Positions 39,009 to 46,831 of a DNA stretch of 64,000 nt are shown one piece after another. Below the pieces are notes generated by a model. The model was not told where the DNA came from, did not search any database, and saw only the letters and a program-made list of their open reading frames with translations. The stretch's first letter is position 1; every line of letters begins with the position of its first letter. This DNA is from a virus, in IMG/VR virus record IMGVR_UViG_3300046454_000807, positions 14,575-78,574 of that record; one strand, 5' to 3'. The translations under genes and the position numbers were made by a program.

Positions 39009-39781
39009 CAGACGCCCTCGTAGGGCCGGTCGATAGGCTCGATGACGCTGCCGGCACAAGCGCCGAAGATCGCACCCATGACGTTTATGGGTTCGCGCGC
39101 CCACTCCGCTTTGTCCCAGTAGCCGATCTCGCCGCCGTCGGGTGCGACGACTCGAATATAGTCGCCGCCGAAGGTCGGGCAGCCAACTGGGCCGGCGTTC
39201 GTGCGAAGCGTAATGCCGGTGTGAAAGGTCAAGACTGCCTCCTCGCCGTACTCGTCATCCTCGATAATTCTGGCGCCGTGGGAAAGATCGCGCGTCTGTT
39301 CATTTGCTGCGCTAAGGATGGACTGGCAAAGCTCGGCGCGGAAGCGGTCGATCTCGCCGACAACCTCGAACGCGAAGCCGAGAAAGCGGTCTCGCAGCTC
39401 CGCATCTTCTTCGTCGGGCTCGATCAGTCCACTGACGGAAAGACGCTGCGTTCCGTCTACGGCCAGCCAACCCCCGCTGCGACCTGCCTGGTAGACGTGG
39501 AAACCGTGTGGCGCGGATGCCAGCGTTGCCCATCGCCAGTAAGAATCACGCGCGACCTCGTAAAGCTCGCCCACGCGCGTCTCTCCGATCTTGTCGGCGG
39601 CCGCGTTTACGTCGGTTGGCCAGTTGTGACGAATGGTGCCATCCTTCACGTCCACGGACAGCATTCCGTCCCTTTCGTTCACCCGCACCGAACCGCCGTT
39701 GCCGTGACGAGTGATGATGAGATCGCGGCCGAGAAAGTAGCTGTTCGTGTTCGTGCTGAAAATGTAGCTTTGCATGGTCAT
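39008..39781 (-). CDS. hypothetical protein
   Basis: Start MTMQSY; QAGRSGGWL motif. Confidence 0.6.
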   Translation of the reverse strand: MTMQSYIFSTNTNSYFLGRDLIITRHGNGGSVRVNERDGMLSVDVKDGTIRHNWPTDVNAAADKIGETRVGELYEVARDSYWRWATLASAPHGFHVYQAGRSGGWLAVDGTQRLSVSGLIEPDEEDAELRDRFLGFAFEVVGEIDRFRAELCQSILSAANEQTRDLSHGARIIEDDEYGEEAVLTFHTGITLRTNAGPVGCPTFGGDYIRVVAPDGGEIGYWDKAEWAREPINVMGAIFGACAGSVIEPIDRPYEGV

Positions 39782-40011
39782 CACTGCATTCCTGCTGCCA
39801 TTTGAAGGCTCTCGGCGTGAGCTGCAAGGGTTTCGTCGTCGCGGCCTTCGGATGCGCGTGGCCATTCGATGACTGCGGTCGTAACGCGCGAGAAGAATGC
39901 GCCGGGACCGTACTCCTGGTCTAGCGTCGCGCCGAGTTGGAGCGCCTTGGTGTGGGCCTCCTCCTCACTGCCGGCATCGACAAGAATCATCGCTGGGATT
40001 TCGTAGCGCAT
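39781..40011 (-). CDS. hypothetical protein, first gene of the leftward operon
   Basis: SD GGAGG and start MRYEIP. Confidence 0.55.
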   Translation of the reverse strand: MRYEIPAMILVDAGSEEEAHTKALQLGATLDQEYGPGAFFSRVTTAVIEWPRASEGRDDETLAAHAESLQMAAGMQ

Positions 40012-40056
40012 TGGGGCAATCCTCCGATCCTGTTCGGCTCTATCAAGCCAAGTGTT

Positions 40057-40231
40057 GCATGTTCCGATAGAAGTGACTAAGGCTCCGGCTCCGAGACGGC
40101 GAGACCGCAACCCCGGCGCGCGTGGTCCTGCCGACGAGAAATCCTCTCGCCGTCGCAGACAACGCGGCCGGGGGAGATGTTGCGGCTCGCATCGAACACG
40201 GATAGGAGTTAGGAACGCGGAGCGGAAATGC
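40057..40231 (-). ncRNA. candidate rod-shaped structured RNA (leader of the leftward operon or a stand-alone sRNA)
   Basis: Nested complementary segments across 175 nt, separated by internal loops; strand inferred from the adjacent leftward promoter. Confidence 0.5.
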
Positions 40232-40273
40232 CTGTATGTCGTGCGCCGCGTCCATTTGTGGATTCGCAGGGTG

Positions 40274-40360
40274 AACCGTGGGGGGGGGACGGGAAGTGTC
40301 GAGCAATACTCATACATATGTCCAAATCGCTTGACACTTCCCAAACAATAGACGATCATG
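40274..40360. promoter_or_regulatory. back-to-back divergent promoters with central operator
   Basis: Inverted repeat GGGAAGTGTCGAGC/GCTTGACACTTCCC supplies both -35 boxes; rightward TTGACA-17-GATCAT; central TCATACATATGTCC. Confidence 0.65.
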
Positions 40361-40399
40361 CTGGAAGCAGTGACAGTGAAACACGGAAAGGGACACGAA

Positions 40400-41089
40400 A
40401 TGCCAGCACTACGTAAGTCAGCCGTCAAGGATGATGCCGCGCAGGCAGCGCAGGATGCGGCGAGTCACGGCTACAACGGCCGCGATGGCGCCGGCGCGAA
40501 CCTCCTAAGAGAGTGTGCGCGTGCTGTGAGGATCGGGGCGCGCAACGTCGAGCGCACCTACAGTGTGCCGATGCTCGGAGCTGACGAGCGAGCCGAATAC
40601 GCTTCCGAACTGGCGGCATGGCTGATCGGCCAGAATGGCGGCACGGTGCCCGGCGCCGACGATCTGACCACCAGCTACATAGTGCGGCGCGCGGTCGGGC
40701 TCATCCTCAACGATCGGCAGCGGCGCGGCTTCGACCTTACCCAGCCGGCAGAGCACGAGACGGGCGCAGACGCTCGACTCGATGGCCTGCTGAGCGTGCC
40801 GGCGGAGATCGCCGCCGCCGCGTCGGCGCTCGCTGCGACTGAGACGGGCCGGCGCGCATTCATCGCTGCGCTCGTGCCGGCTTCGCGTGAGGAATGGGCA
40901 GACTTCTACGGCTACGCGAGTCCGAGTGTGTGGCACCGAACCGCAAAGCGTGGACGTGCGGAGCTGCGCAGCATCGGAGAGGACGCACTGTGCCAAGCGT
41001 TGCGACGTGCGGAGACAGATGCGACGGATCATCTCGATATGGAAGCGTCTCGCGTGCGCGAGATCGTGGACGGAATGGAGGAATCATGA
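40400..41089 (+). CDS. putative divergent ECF-like sigma factor
   Basis: Region-2-like DERAEYASELAAWL..TTSYIVRRAVGLILNDRQRR; region-4-like TETGRRAF..SREEWADFYGYASPSVWHRTAKRGRAELR. Confidence 0.5.
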   Translation: MPALRKSAVKDDAAQAAQDAASHGYNGRDGAGANLLRECARAVRIGARNVERTYSVPMLGADERAEYASELAAWLIGQNGGTVPGADDLTTSYIVRRAVGLILNDRQRRGFDLTQPAEHETGADARLDGLLSVPAEIAAAASALAATETGRRAFIAALVPASREEWADFYGYASPSVWHRTAKRGRAELRSIGEDALCQALRRAETDATDHLDMEASRVREIVDGMEES

Positions 41090-41715
41090 CCGATGCACGT
41101 TGGGTCTTTTACGAGTCGATAGACGAGATGGTCGAGGACGGCGCAACTAGCCACGGAATGCCGTATGTCGTGGTGGACCACGAGAAGGATGCACGAGCTG
41201 CATTCTGGATACGCGGCGACGCGCAGCGCTACTGCCGGGATCGCACTGCTGAGATCGGCAGTCGCGGCGAGTTGGCAGATGCACGCGAGACCGAGCCCGC
41301 CGAGTACGTCGGCGAGGCTGCGCGCGGCGATGTCGCCGACCTTCGCGACCTAATCGGTTGCATCGAAGCCGAGTCGCAATACGACCTAGAGTCACTATCG
41401 CAGCTCGGAGTCGAGACCGACCCAGCCGACGACCCAGAGACGGCGCGCGAGGAAGCTGAGGAACGGCTGTATGAGCTGCCGCTGTGCGTGGATCGGACGG
41501 TCTGCTTTGAAATCGTGCTCGGCACTGGCGGCCCGGATCGGCGCCTAGTAATCGAATGCGACGCCGATAGCGACGCGGGCCGGTCCAGTTACGAAATTCG
41601 CCGCGTCCTCTACCGCTATTCGTGGTCGGGCTCGGCAGAGATCGCACTAAGCGGCGATGATCGCAAGGTCGCGGAAGACTTCGCGCGCCGCGTGGTCTCG
41701 GAGCTGGCAGAGTAA
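41086..41715 (+). CDS. hypothetical acidic protein
   Basis: ATGA coupling; LGTGGP motif; Asp/Glu-rich. Confidence 0.6.
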   Translation: MTDARWVFYESIDEMVEDGATSHGMPYVVVDHEKDARAAFWIRGDAQRYCRDRTAEIGSRGELADARETEPAEYVGEAARGDVADLRDLIGCIEAESQYDLESLSQLGVETDPADDPETAREEAEERLYELPLCVDRTVCFEIVLGTGGPDRRLVIECDADSDAGRSSYEIRRVLYRYSWSGSAEIALSGDDRKVAEDFARRVVSELAE

Positions 41716-41743
41716 CTGCAACACGGATTGGAGACACGAGACA

Positions 41744-42496
41744 ATGAATATCGACACTTACATACAGGAAGCCGCAGAACGCGGCAAAGATGCGGCTATC
41801 GCGGCAGCATCATGGGTCACGGATGGCAACAGCGACACTGCCGAGCGGCGCCGCGTGTTGGAGATGATGCGCGTTGGCGACGATGTGGCGGGGTACCTGC
41901 CGCGCCAGCCCGATCTAAGCGGCGAATGGGCAGACGCGCCGACGCCTACTAGCCTCGGGTGTGAACTAGTCGAGAATTGGGACGATCTCCCAGACGAGGA
42001 AGCAGGAGAGATCGCCGATGCGCTAGCGAACGCATTTGAGGATGCGGTCTCGGAGACGTTTGAATCCGCGTGTGAACGTCAGCTCCTAGATGCGACCGTT
42101 GACGTGGACCGGCAGCATTTCCTGCGCGGCTATATCGAGTGTGCCCTGTGGTCGAGCGTTGACGATGGCGCGCCGCTAGACCAGGACCACGATGCAACGG
42201 ACATCGCGGCTGACGCTCGCGAGAAGATGGCTGCTGACTGCCGCTCATTCGTCGATGGCCAGTACGCCGAGATCGAACAGCTCGAAGCGTTGACCGGCCG
42301 TGACTCGGCGGCGATGGGTTACGACCTATGGCTAACGCGCAACGGCCACGGCGCCGGCTATTGGGATCGGTACATGGAGGCTGACGAGGACGACCGCCAC
42401 GAGGCGGAGCTAGTCGGCCGCCGGCTGAGCGAGACGGCGCGCGAGATGGGCGAATCAGCGCTATATGTCGGCGACGATGGCAGCCTCTACGTATAA
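41744..42496 (+). CDS. hypothetical highly acidic early protein
   Basis: GYIECALWSS...GYDLWLTRNGHGAGYWDR motif, recurrent in phage early regions. Confidence 0.7.
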   Translation: MNIDTYIQEAAERGKDAAIAAASWVTDGNSDTAERRRVLEMMRVGDDVAGYLPRQPDLSGEWADAPTPTSLGCELVENWDDLPDEEAGEIADALANAFEDAVSETFESACERQLLDATVDVDRQHFLRGYIECALWSSVDDGAPLDQDHDATDIAADAREKMAADCRSFVDGQYAEIEQLEALTGRDSAAMGYDLWLTRNGHGAGYWDRYMEADEDDRHEAELVGRRLSETAREMGESALYVGDDGSLYV

Positions 42497-42660
42497 GCGT
42501 CCACCAGGCTAAAGCTCGGAGCTGTCGCGCCGATAGATGGGCATGAGAGCCCACCCATACAGAGGCCCGGACCCTCGCAGTGCGGCCGCTGTCGCTGGCC
42601 TACGTCGCCGGCTCCAACGCGCCGGCAGAATCCCTACCAGCGTGACGTATCACAGTCCAT

Positions 42661-42710
42661 TCATACATATGTCCGCATTGATTGACAAATCACAGGCAAT
42701 AGTCGATACT
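42661..42710 (+). promoter_or_regulatory. host-type promoter, second copy of the 40310-40359 motif
   Basis: TCATACATATGTCC, then TTGACA-17-GATACT, with ATG 6 nt downstream. Confidence 0.7.
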
Positions 42711-42716
42711 TCACCT

Positions 42717-42941
42717 ATGGACGCAAAGCAAGCGCAAAGCCTAATCGACAACACTCTCCTAGAGACGGCGATTGAGGATTGCCAACGCGCACGCGCAGAG
42801 CTAGGCGTCGTCGTCAGCGGCACGCCACAGTACCAGCGTGCACAGGCACTAGCCAAGCAAGAGGCTTTCCTACGGCGCACGGTCAGTCGGTCAGCTCGAC
42901 GCGGCGCCCAGCCCTACGCCGGCCACTGCGTAACGCGGTAG
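42717..42941 (+). CDS. small leaderless hypothetical protein
   Basis: ATG at the predicted transcription start; helical 74-aa product; 3' end overlaps a structured region. Confidence 0.5.
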   Translation: MDAKQAQSLIDNTLLETAIEDCQRARAELGVVVSGTPQYQRAQALAKQEAFLRRTVSRSARRGAQPYAGHCVTR

Positions 42942-43330
42942 CCGACCAATTTCCCGGCCAGCGGCGGCGCGCGGAAGTCGTCACTTCCACCCACACCAGC
43001 CCTAACAGCGGCAGCGTCCTCTAACGAGGACGTGAGGAACAGGGAAGACGACCGCTAACGCGGTAGGCAGGCGTGGCTTGACCTTGAATACGGCCATCGG
43101 GCTCGCAGCTCGACGGTCTCTCGGGCTTGAGATTTCGTCTCTCTCGGGTTGATATTCGGAACCGCGAGATCGCCGCGCCGGTCCTAGCCGTGCGTAGGGT
43201 CCAAAGTAGCCGACTGCGTGGCGTAGGAGTCTCTAGGGGACTCCACCGTCTCCCCCCCGGTTTCGAGAGGCGAAATCTGGCGGTCGCGAAATACCACATC
43301 GGAACCACACGCACGCTACACCCCCAGTTC
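42910..43330 (+). ncRNA. candidate large structured non-coding RNA
   Basis: Several hairpins, two C(UAAC)G tetraloops and a 14-bp long-range helix; G-U pairs valid only on the + strand. Confidence 0.5.
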
Positions 43331-43572
43331 TAGAGCCAAAAAAGCCGGTTCGGGGATTCTTCCCCACCTGCTGCCGTTCGTCTAGACCCCCCGTGAACCC
43401 TCCGTCATCCTCTGGAAACGCAACAAATTAAAGGAAATTTCCCCCGAATTTTGCCCTGACCCCCTCCCCTCCGCCGGGATGAAAAAAGGTGCGCGCCGCG
43501 GAAAGGTCGCCTATCCTGCAAACTGCGGCAGGGAGGAAAAAGTGCTTCACCGACAGGTGATAGGTTGCAGGG

Positions 43573-43767
43573 ATGGACAATGTTGAGCGCTGGGCGAACG
43601 CGATCACGCTGCGCCGCGACCTGGAGGAGCTGATGACCAGGGCGGCCAGGGCGCCGCTGTTCCACGGGATGGCGAAGGCCGCGGCGGCTGCCTTGGTTAG
43701 CGTCGAAGGGGAGGAGCGGGTGATTCGGGAGAAGGTGACGGAAGAAGTCCTTCGCGGGGAGCTGTGA
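43573..43767 (+). CDS. hypothetical protein (leaderless)
   Basis: TAGGTT-6nt-ATG. Confidence 0.55.
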   Translation: MDNVERWANAITLRRDLEELMTRAARAPLFHGMAKAAAAALVSVEGEERVIREKVTEEVLRGEL

Positions 43768-44204
43768 CGCGCGTCTATCCCCAGTTGCCGCCGAAGCCGA
43801 GCCTGCGGGCCTGGCGACCGCTGCCGATCGTCGATGCGGTCGGGCGCCCCTTGGACCCCTGCTCGACGGTGCGGTTCCGGCGCACCAGGCAGGTGAAGCA
43901 GCGACCGGACGAGCCGCGGCCGCTGGTCCATCTCTTCGATTTCGCGGACACGGCGCCGCCGGAGATCGAGGTCTACGGCGATGTCGGCATCGTCACGGTG
44001 GCCTCGGCGCTGGTCGGAAACTGCTGGAAGTTCGAGTCCCTGCTGGTGGCCGTCGAGTATCGCTACTACCTCGGGGTGAAGGTCGAGCCGCTGGGTCGCA
44101 GCTTCTTCAGGGAGATGGCCGGACCCTGGCGCTGGGCTCGCTGGCCCGATGGCCGCCGCTTCCTGCACTGGGAAGAGCAGCTCCGACAGGAGCGCTGGGC
44201 GTAG
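43764..44204 (+). CDS. hypothetical protein
   Basis: GTGA coupling; 146 aa. Confidence 0.5.
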   Translation: MTRVYPQLPPKPSLRAWRPLPIVDAVGRPLDPCSTVRFRRTRQVKQRPDEPRPLVHLFDFADTAPPEIEVYGDVGIVTVASALVGNCWKFESLLVAVEYRYYLGVKVEPLGRSFFREMAGPWRWARWPDGRRFLHWEEQLRQERWA

Positions 44205-44313
44205 TGTTCGGCCTGCGGATCATCAAGGTGCTCTGGAACGACGGGACCTGGACCTGGGAGTTTCAGCAGAAGCGCGGCGTCCACATGGCCCGGCGGGTGC
44301 GATCGTGGCCGGC

Positions 44314-44550
44314 GTGAGCCTGGGCGGCATCATCTACCCCGAGATCAACGATGAGCAGGTCGCGGCCCTCTTTGGCTACGAGCTGCGGCGCTCCTGGGTG
44401 GTGGCGGAGGATGAGATCGTGCGGACGCCGGGGGTCGTCTGGGTCGGGCCGCTGACCCACTTCAAGCTCACTCACGACGGGCGCCTGCCCTTCGAGACCC
44501 GCTACTGCCGGGGTGTGTTGGAGCTGGAGCGCGATCGGCGCCGGCGATAG
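44314..44550 (+). CDS. hypothetical protein
   Basis: GTG start coupled to a 37-aa ORF at 44204-44317. Confidence 0.45.
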   Translation: MSLGGIIYPEINDEQVAALFGYELRRSWVVAEDEIVRTPGVVWVGPLTHFKLTHDGRLPFETRYCRGVLELERDRRRR

Positions 44551-44617
44551 GTCGCAAACTAGGAGGAAATTCAGACCCCGGATGGCACCTGTCCCCGTCT
44601 CATGGTATATCTCCCGA

Positions 44618-45151
44618 ATGGCCGAGACCCGCGACCTACCTGCACCGAAACCGCCTTGGGGTCTGGTGTGGGCGCTGGCCGCCTTCTTGCTGCTCAACCT
44701 CGTGACGAGCGTCCTGGCCCTCACATCTCCTTGGTGGTCGGTCATCGCTGCGGTGGTCCTGATCGCGACCGGGACCAGCTTCAGCTACCGGCGCCAGGTC
44801 TGGTTCCGCGAATACACGGCCGCCGTGGAGAGGGAGATCGAGGCGATGAGGGCGGTCCAGGCGATCTCACTGGGAATCAGCGAACAGGACTTCCTGCGGG
44901 TGATGGACGAGCATCTCGACCTCGTGGAGGGCATCGGCGACACCGTGGAGGAGTGGGCGCGAGCGCGCGACATCTCCCTGCGCGGCCTGTTCATATCCGG
45001 CGACACCATCGCCAACGCCTGGATTACGAAGCTCGGCCTCGATCTCCCAGGGGAGAGTCTCGAAGGCTTCCGGGCGAGCTATGGCCAGGCGATCGTCGTC
45101 GGGATCGAAGCCGAACGGGACCGCCGCGACCGCGCGGAGCTACCGCGATGA
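44618..45151 (+). CDS. membrane protein (two N-terminal TM helices)
   Basis: Start MAETRDL; hydrophobic N-terminus. Confidence 0.6.
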   Translation: MAETRDLPAPKPPWGLVWALAAFLLLNLVTSVLALTSPWWSVIAAVVLIATGTSFSYRRQVWFREYTAAVEREIEAMRAVQAISLGISEQDFLRVMDEHLDLVEGIGDTVEEWARARDISLRGLFISGDTIANAWITKLGLDLPGESLEGFRASYGQAIVVGIEAERDRRDRAELPR

Positions 45152-45333
45152 CCGCGCTCGCCGAGGAAATCAGGTACCACGCCAAGGAAGGGCGCCGCTG
45201 GGCGGAGGCCGCCGAGGATTTCAACCGCGGTCGCATCTACGCGGAGGTCTCGCAGGCTCATTCCTTCGCCGCCCTGGCGACTGCGCTCGCTGAGGGTTCG
45301 TTGACGATCGACGGGACGGTGATGCACCCGTGA
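45148..45333 (+). CDS. hypothetical protein
   Basis: ATGA coupling; start MTALAEE. Confidence 0.5.
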   Translation: MTALAEEIRYHAKEGRRWAEAAEDFNRGRIYAEVSQAHSFAALATALAEGSLTIDGTVMHP

Positions 45334-45581
45334 AGCTCGACCAACTCCTGGAGGCGATCGAGACCTACCTGCGCGAGCAGTGGAAGGATGAGGAATGGAT
45401 GCTCAGCTTCCTCCTCGACCCGATGAGCCCCTGGGTCTCGGTGGATGCGCGCCGGCGCCACTACTTCGTTGGCGACGGCATCCCCGCCAGGGTGAGCTTC
45501 GCGATGTGGAAGCGGACCGGCGCCGTTCACAGTGTGCATGGTGGCGCGGTCGTGGACCCCCCACTTTTCGAGGTCGCATGA
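45330..45581 (+). CDS. hypothetical protein
   Basis: Coupled; 83 aa. Confidence 0.55.
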   Translation: MKLDQLLEAIETYLREQWKDEEWMLSFLLDPMSPWVSVDARRRHYFVGDGIPARVSFAMWKRTGAVHSVHGGAVVDPPLFEVA

Positions 45582-46051
45582 GGGCGCCGTTCACCGTCAT
45601 CAGGATCGAACGGCCGCCGTCGCTGGCGGGGCTCGACCTCTCTCGTCTCTCCGATATGGGACTGCTCTCGCTCGACCTGCATCCGTCGGCCGCCGGCCCG
45701 GAGATCGAGCTGACCTTCGGCACGGCCGAGGGTGCGGCGCCGGTGACCGAGGAGTTCCTGTGCGAGAAGCTCGAAGCGGCGACGGGACTTTCGGTCCTGG
45801 CCTCCCGTCGTCACGAGCTGCACGGCGCGACGGTACTGCTGACGACCGGCCACTCGGTCGAGACCAACTTCGCCGCCGGCGCGATCGCAGAAGCCGTCGC
45901 TAACCGAATCGGGGCTGCTGACGAGGAGATCATCACCTGGGCGGAGTGGGTGGCCGTCACCGACAAGCATGGCCAGGGTCCGATCTTCCTCAACCCCCTG
46001 GAGGTTGCCGGCATCGTCCCTGCGCACATCATCGTGGGGGCAGAGGGATGA
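45578..46051 (+). CDS. hypothetical protein
   Basis: Start MRAPFTV; coupled. Confidence 0.55.
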   Translation: MRAPFTVIRIERPPSLAGLDLSRLSDMGLLSLDLHPSAAGPEIELTFGTAEGAAPVTEEFLCEKLEAATGLSVLASRRHELHGATVLLTTGHSVETNFAAGAIAEAVANRIGAADEEIITWAEWVAVTDKHGQGPIFLNPLEVAGIVPAHIIVGAEG

Positions 46052-46464
46052 CCCGTCGAGAGGCTGGGCTTAGCGCCGCAGCGGTTGGCTTTGCTTTGGT
46101 AACCGGGCTCGCGTCTTCATGGCCCGTGTTCCTCCTTGGCTTTGGCGGACTACTGACCTGCCTCTGGGTGTTGTTCCCGAGCGCCGGCCGTCGTCACCCT
46201 GAGTCCGGGACCGCCAAGGAAGTAGCGCTCCTACAACAAAAGATCAGGGAGTTGCTTTTCGACGAGCAGGCTGCGCGCCGGATTGGTGCTAGCGCTGAGC
46301 AGGACCGCCTTCTGGGGGTAGTCGAAGAGTTGAGTCGGTTCGGGTTGCGCGAAGATGAGGATCACCCCGGCTTCTCTGAGATAGGAATGGTGCCAAACGG
46401 AGCATTTCTGAATCGAGAGCAGGTAATAGATGCCATTGCGCTCATCCCAAGGGGGCGTCTGTGA
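46048..46464 (+). CDS. membrane protein
   Basis: Start MTRREAG; two hydrophobic segments. Confidence 0.5.
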   Translation: MTRREAGLSAAAVGFALVTGLASSWPVFLLGFGGLLTCLWVLFPSAGRRHPESGTAKEVALLQQKIRELLFDEQAARRIGASAEQDRLLGVVEELSRFGLREDEDHPGFSEIGMVPNGAFLNREQVIDAIALIPRGRL

Positions 46465-46603
46465 AATTCCGCTGCACCCAGTACGGGACCGGCGATGCCG
46501 CCGGGCGCGCAATCAAGGTCCTCGACATCGAGGCGGGGAGCTACGCCGGTGCCCTGCGCAAGGCCCAGCGAGAGCTTAGCCATCCGATTGGGGTGAAGGT
46601 GAA

Positions 46604-46831
46604 GTGCTGACCCACGACCTTGGCGATCTTCACTTCGCCTGGGCGGAACAGTCCGCCCAGATCGAGGTCTACGAGCGTGGCGAGAGTGGTCCGTCGCGCC
46701 GGATCGGTTTCCTGACCAACAAGGGTGAGCATGACTTCCTTGTTCCCTTCGAGCAAGGGCCGTTCGAGAAGCACTGTGAGTGGTTTGCTGAGATGGCGTC
46801 GGATGCGGAGGGCGTGACCGAAGATGAGTAA
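46604..46831 (+). CDS. hypothetical protein
   Basis: 75 aa within a coupled gene string. Confidence 0.5.
   Translation: MLTHDLGDLHFAWAEQSAQIEVYERGESGPSRRIGFLTNKGEHDFLVPFEQGPFEKHCEWFAEMASDAEGVTEDE

Noticed and set aside
38781-40079. AAGTGACTA direct repeat at 38781 and 40071 as insertion boundaries
   Set aside because: A 9-bp match is expected by chance, and there are no other mobile-element features.
40012-40428. Protein-coding reading of the 40.0-40.4 kb gap (ORFs 40052..40351, 40043..40306 and the extension of 39781..40428)
   Set aside because: Low-quality Arg/Pro-rich translations overlapping promoters and a long RNA-like stem.
42910-43330. tmRNA, RNase P, SRP or group I/II intron identity for the structured region
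   Set aside because: No tRNA-like ends, GAGGAAAGUCC, SRP domain IV or intron core motifs were recognised.
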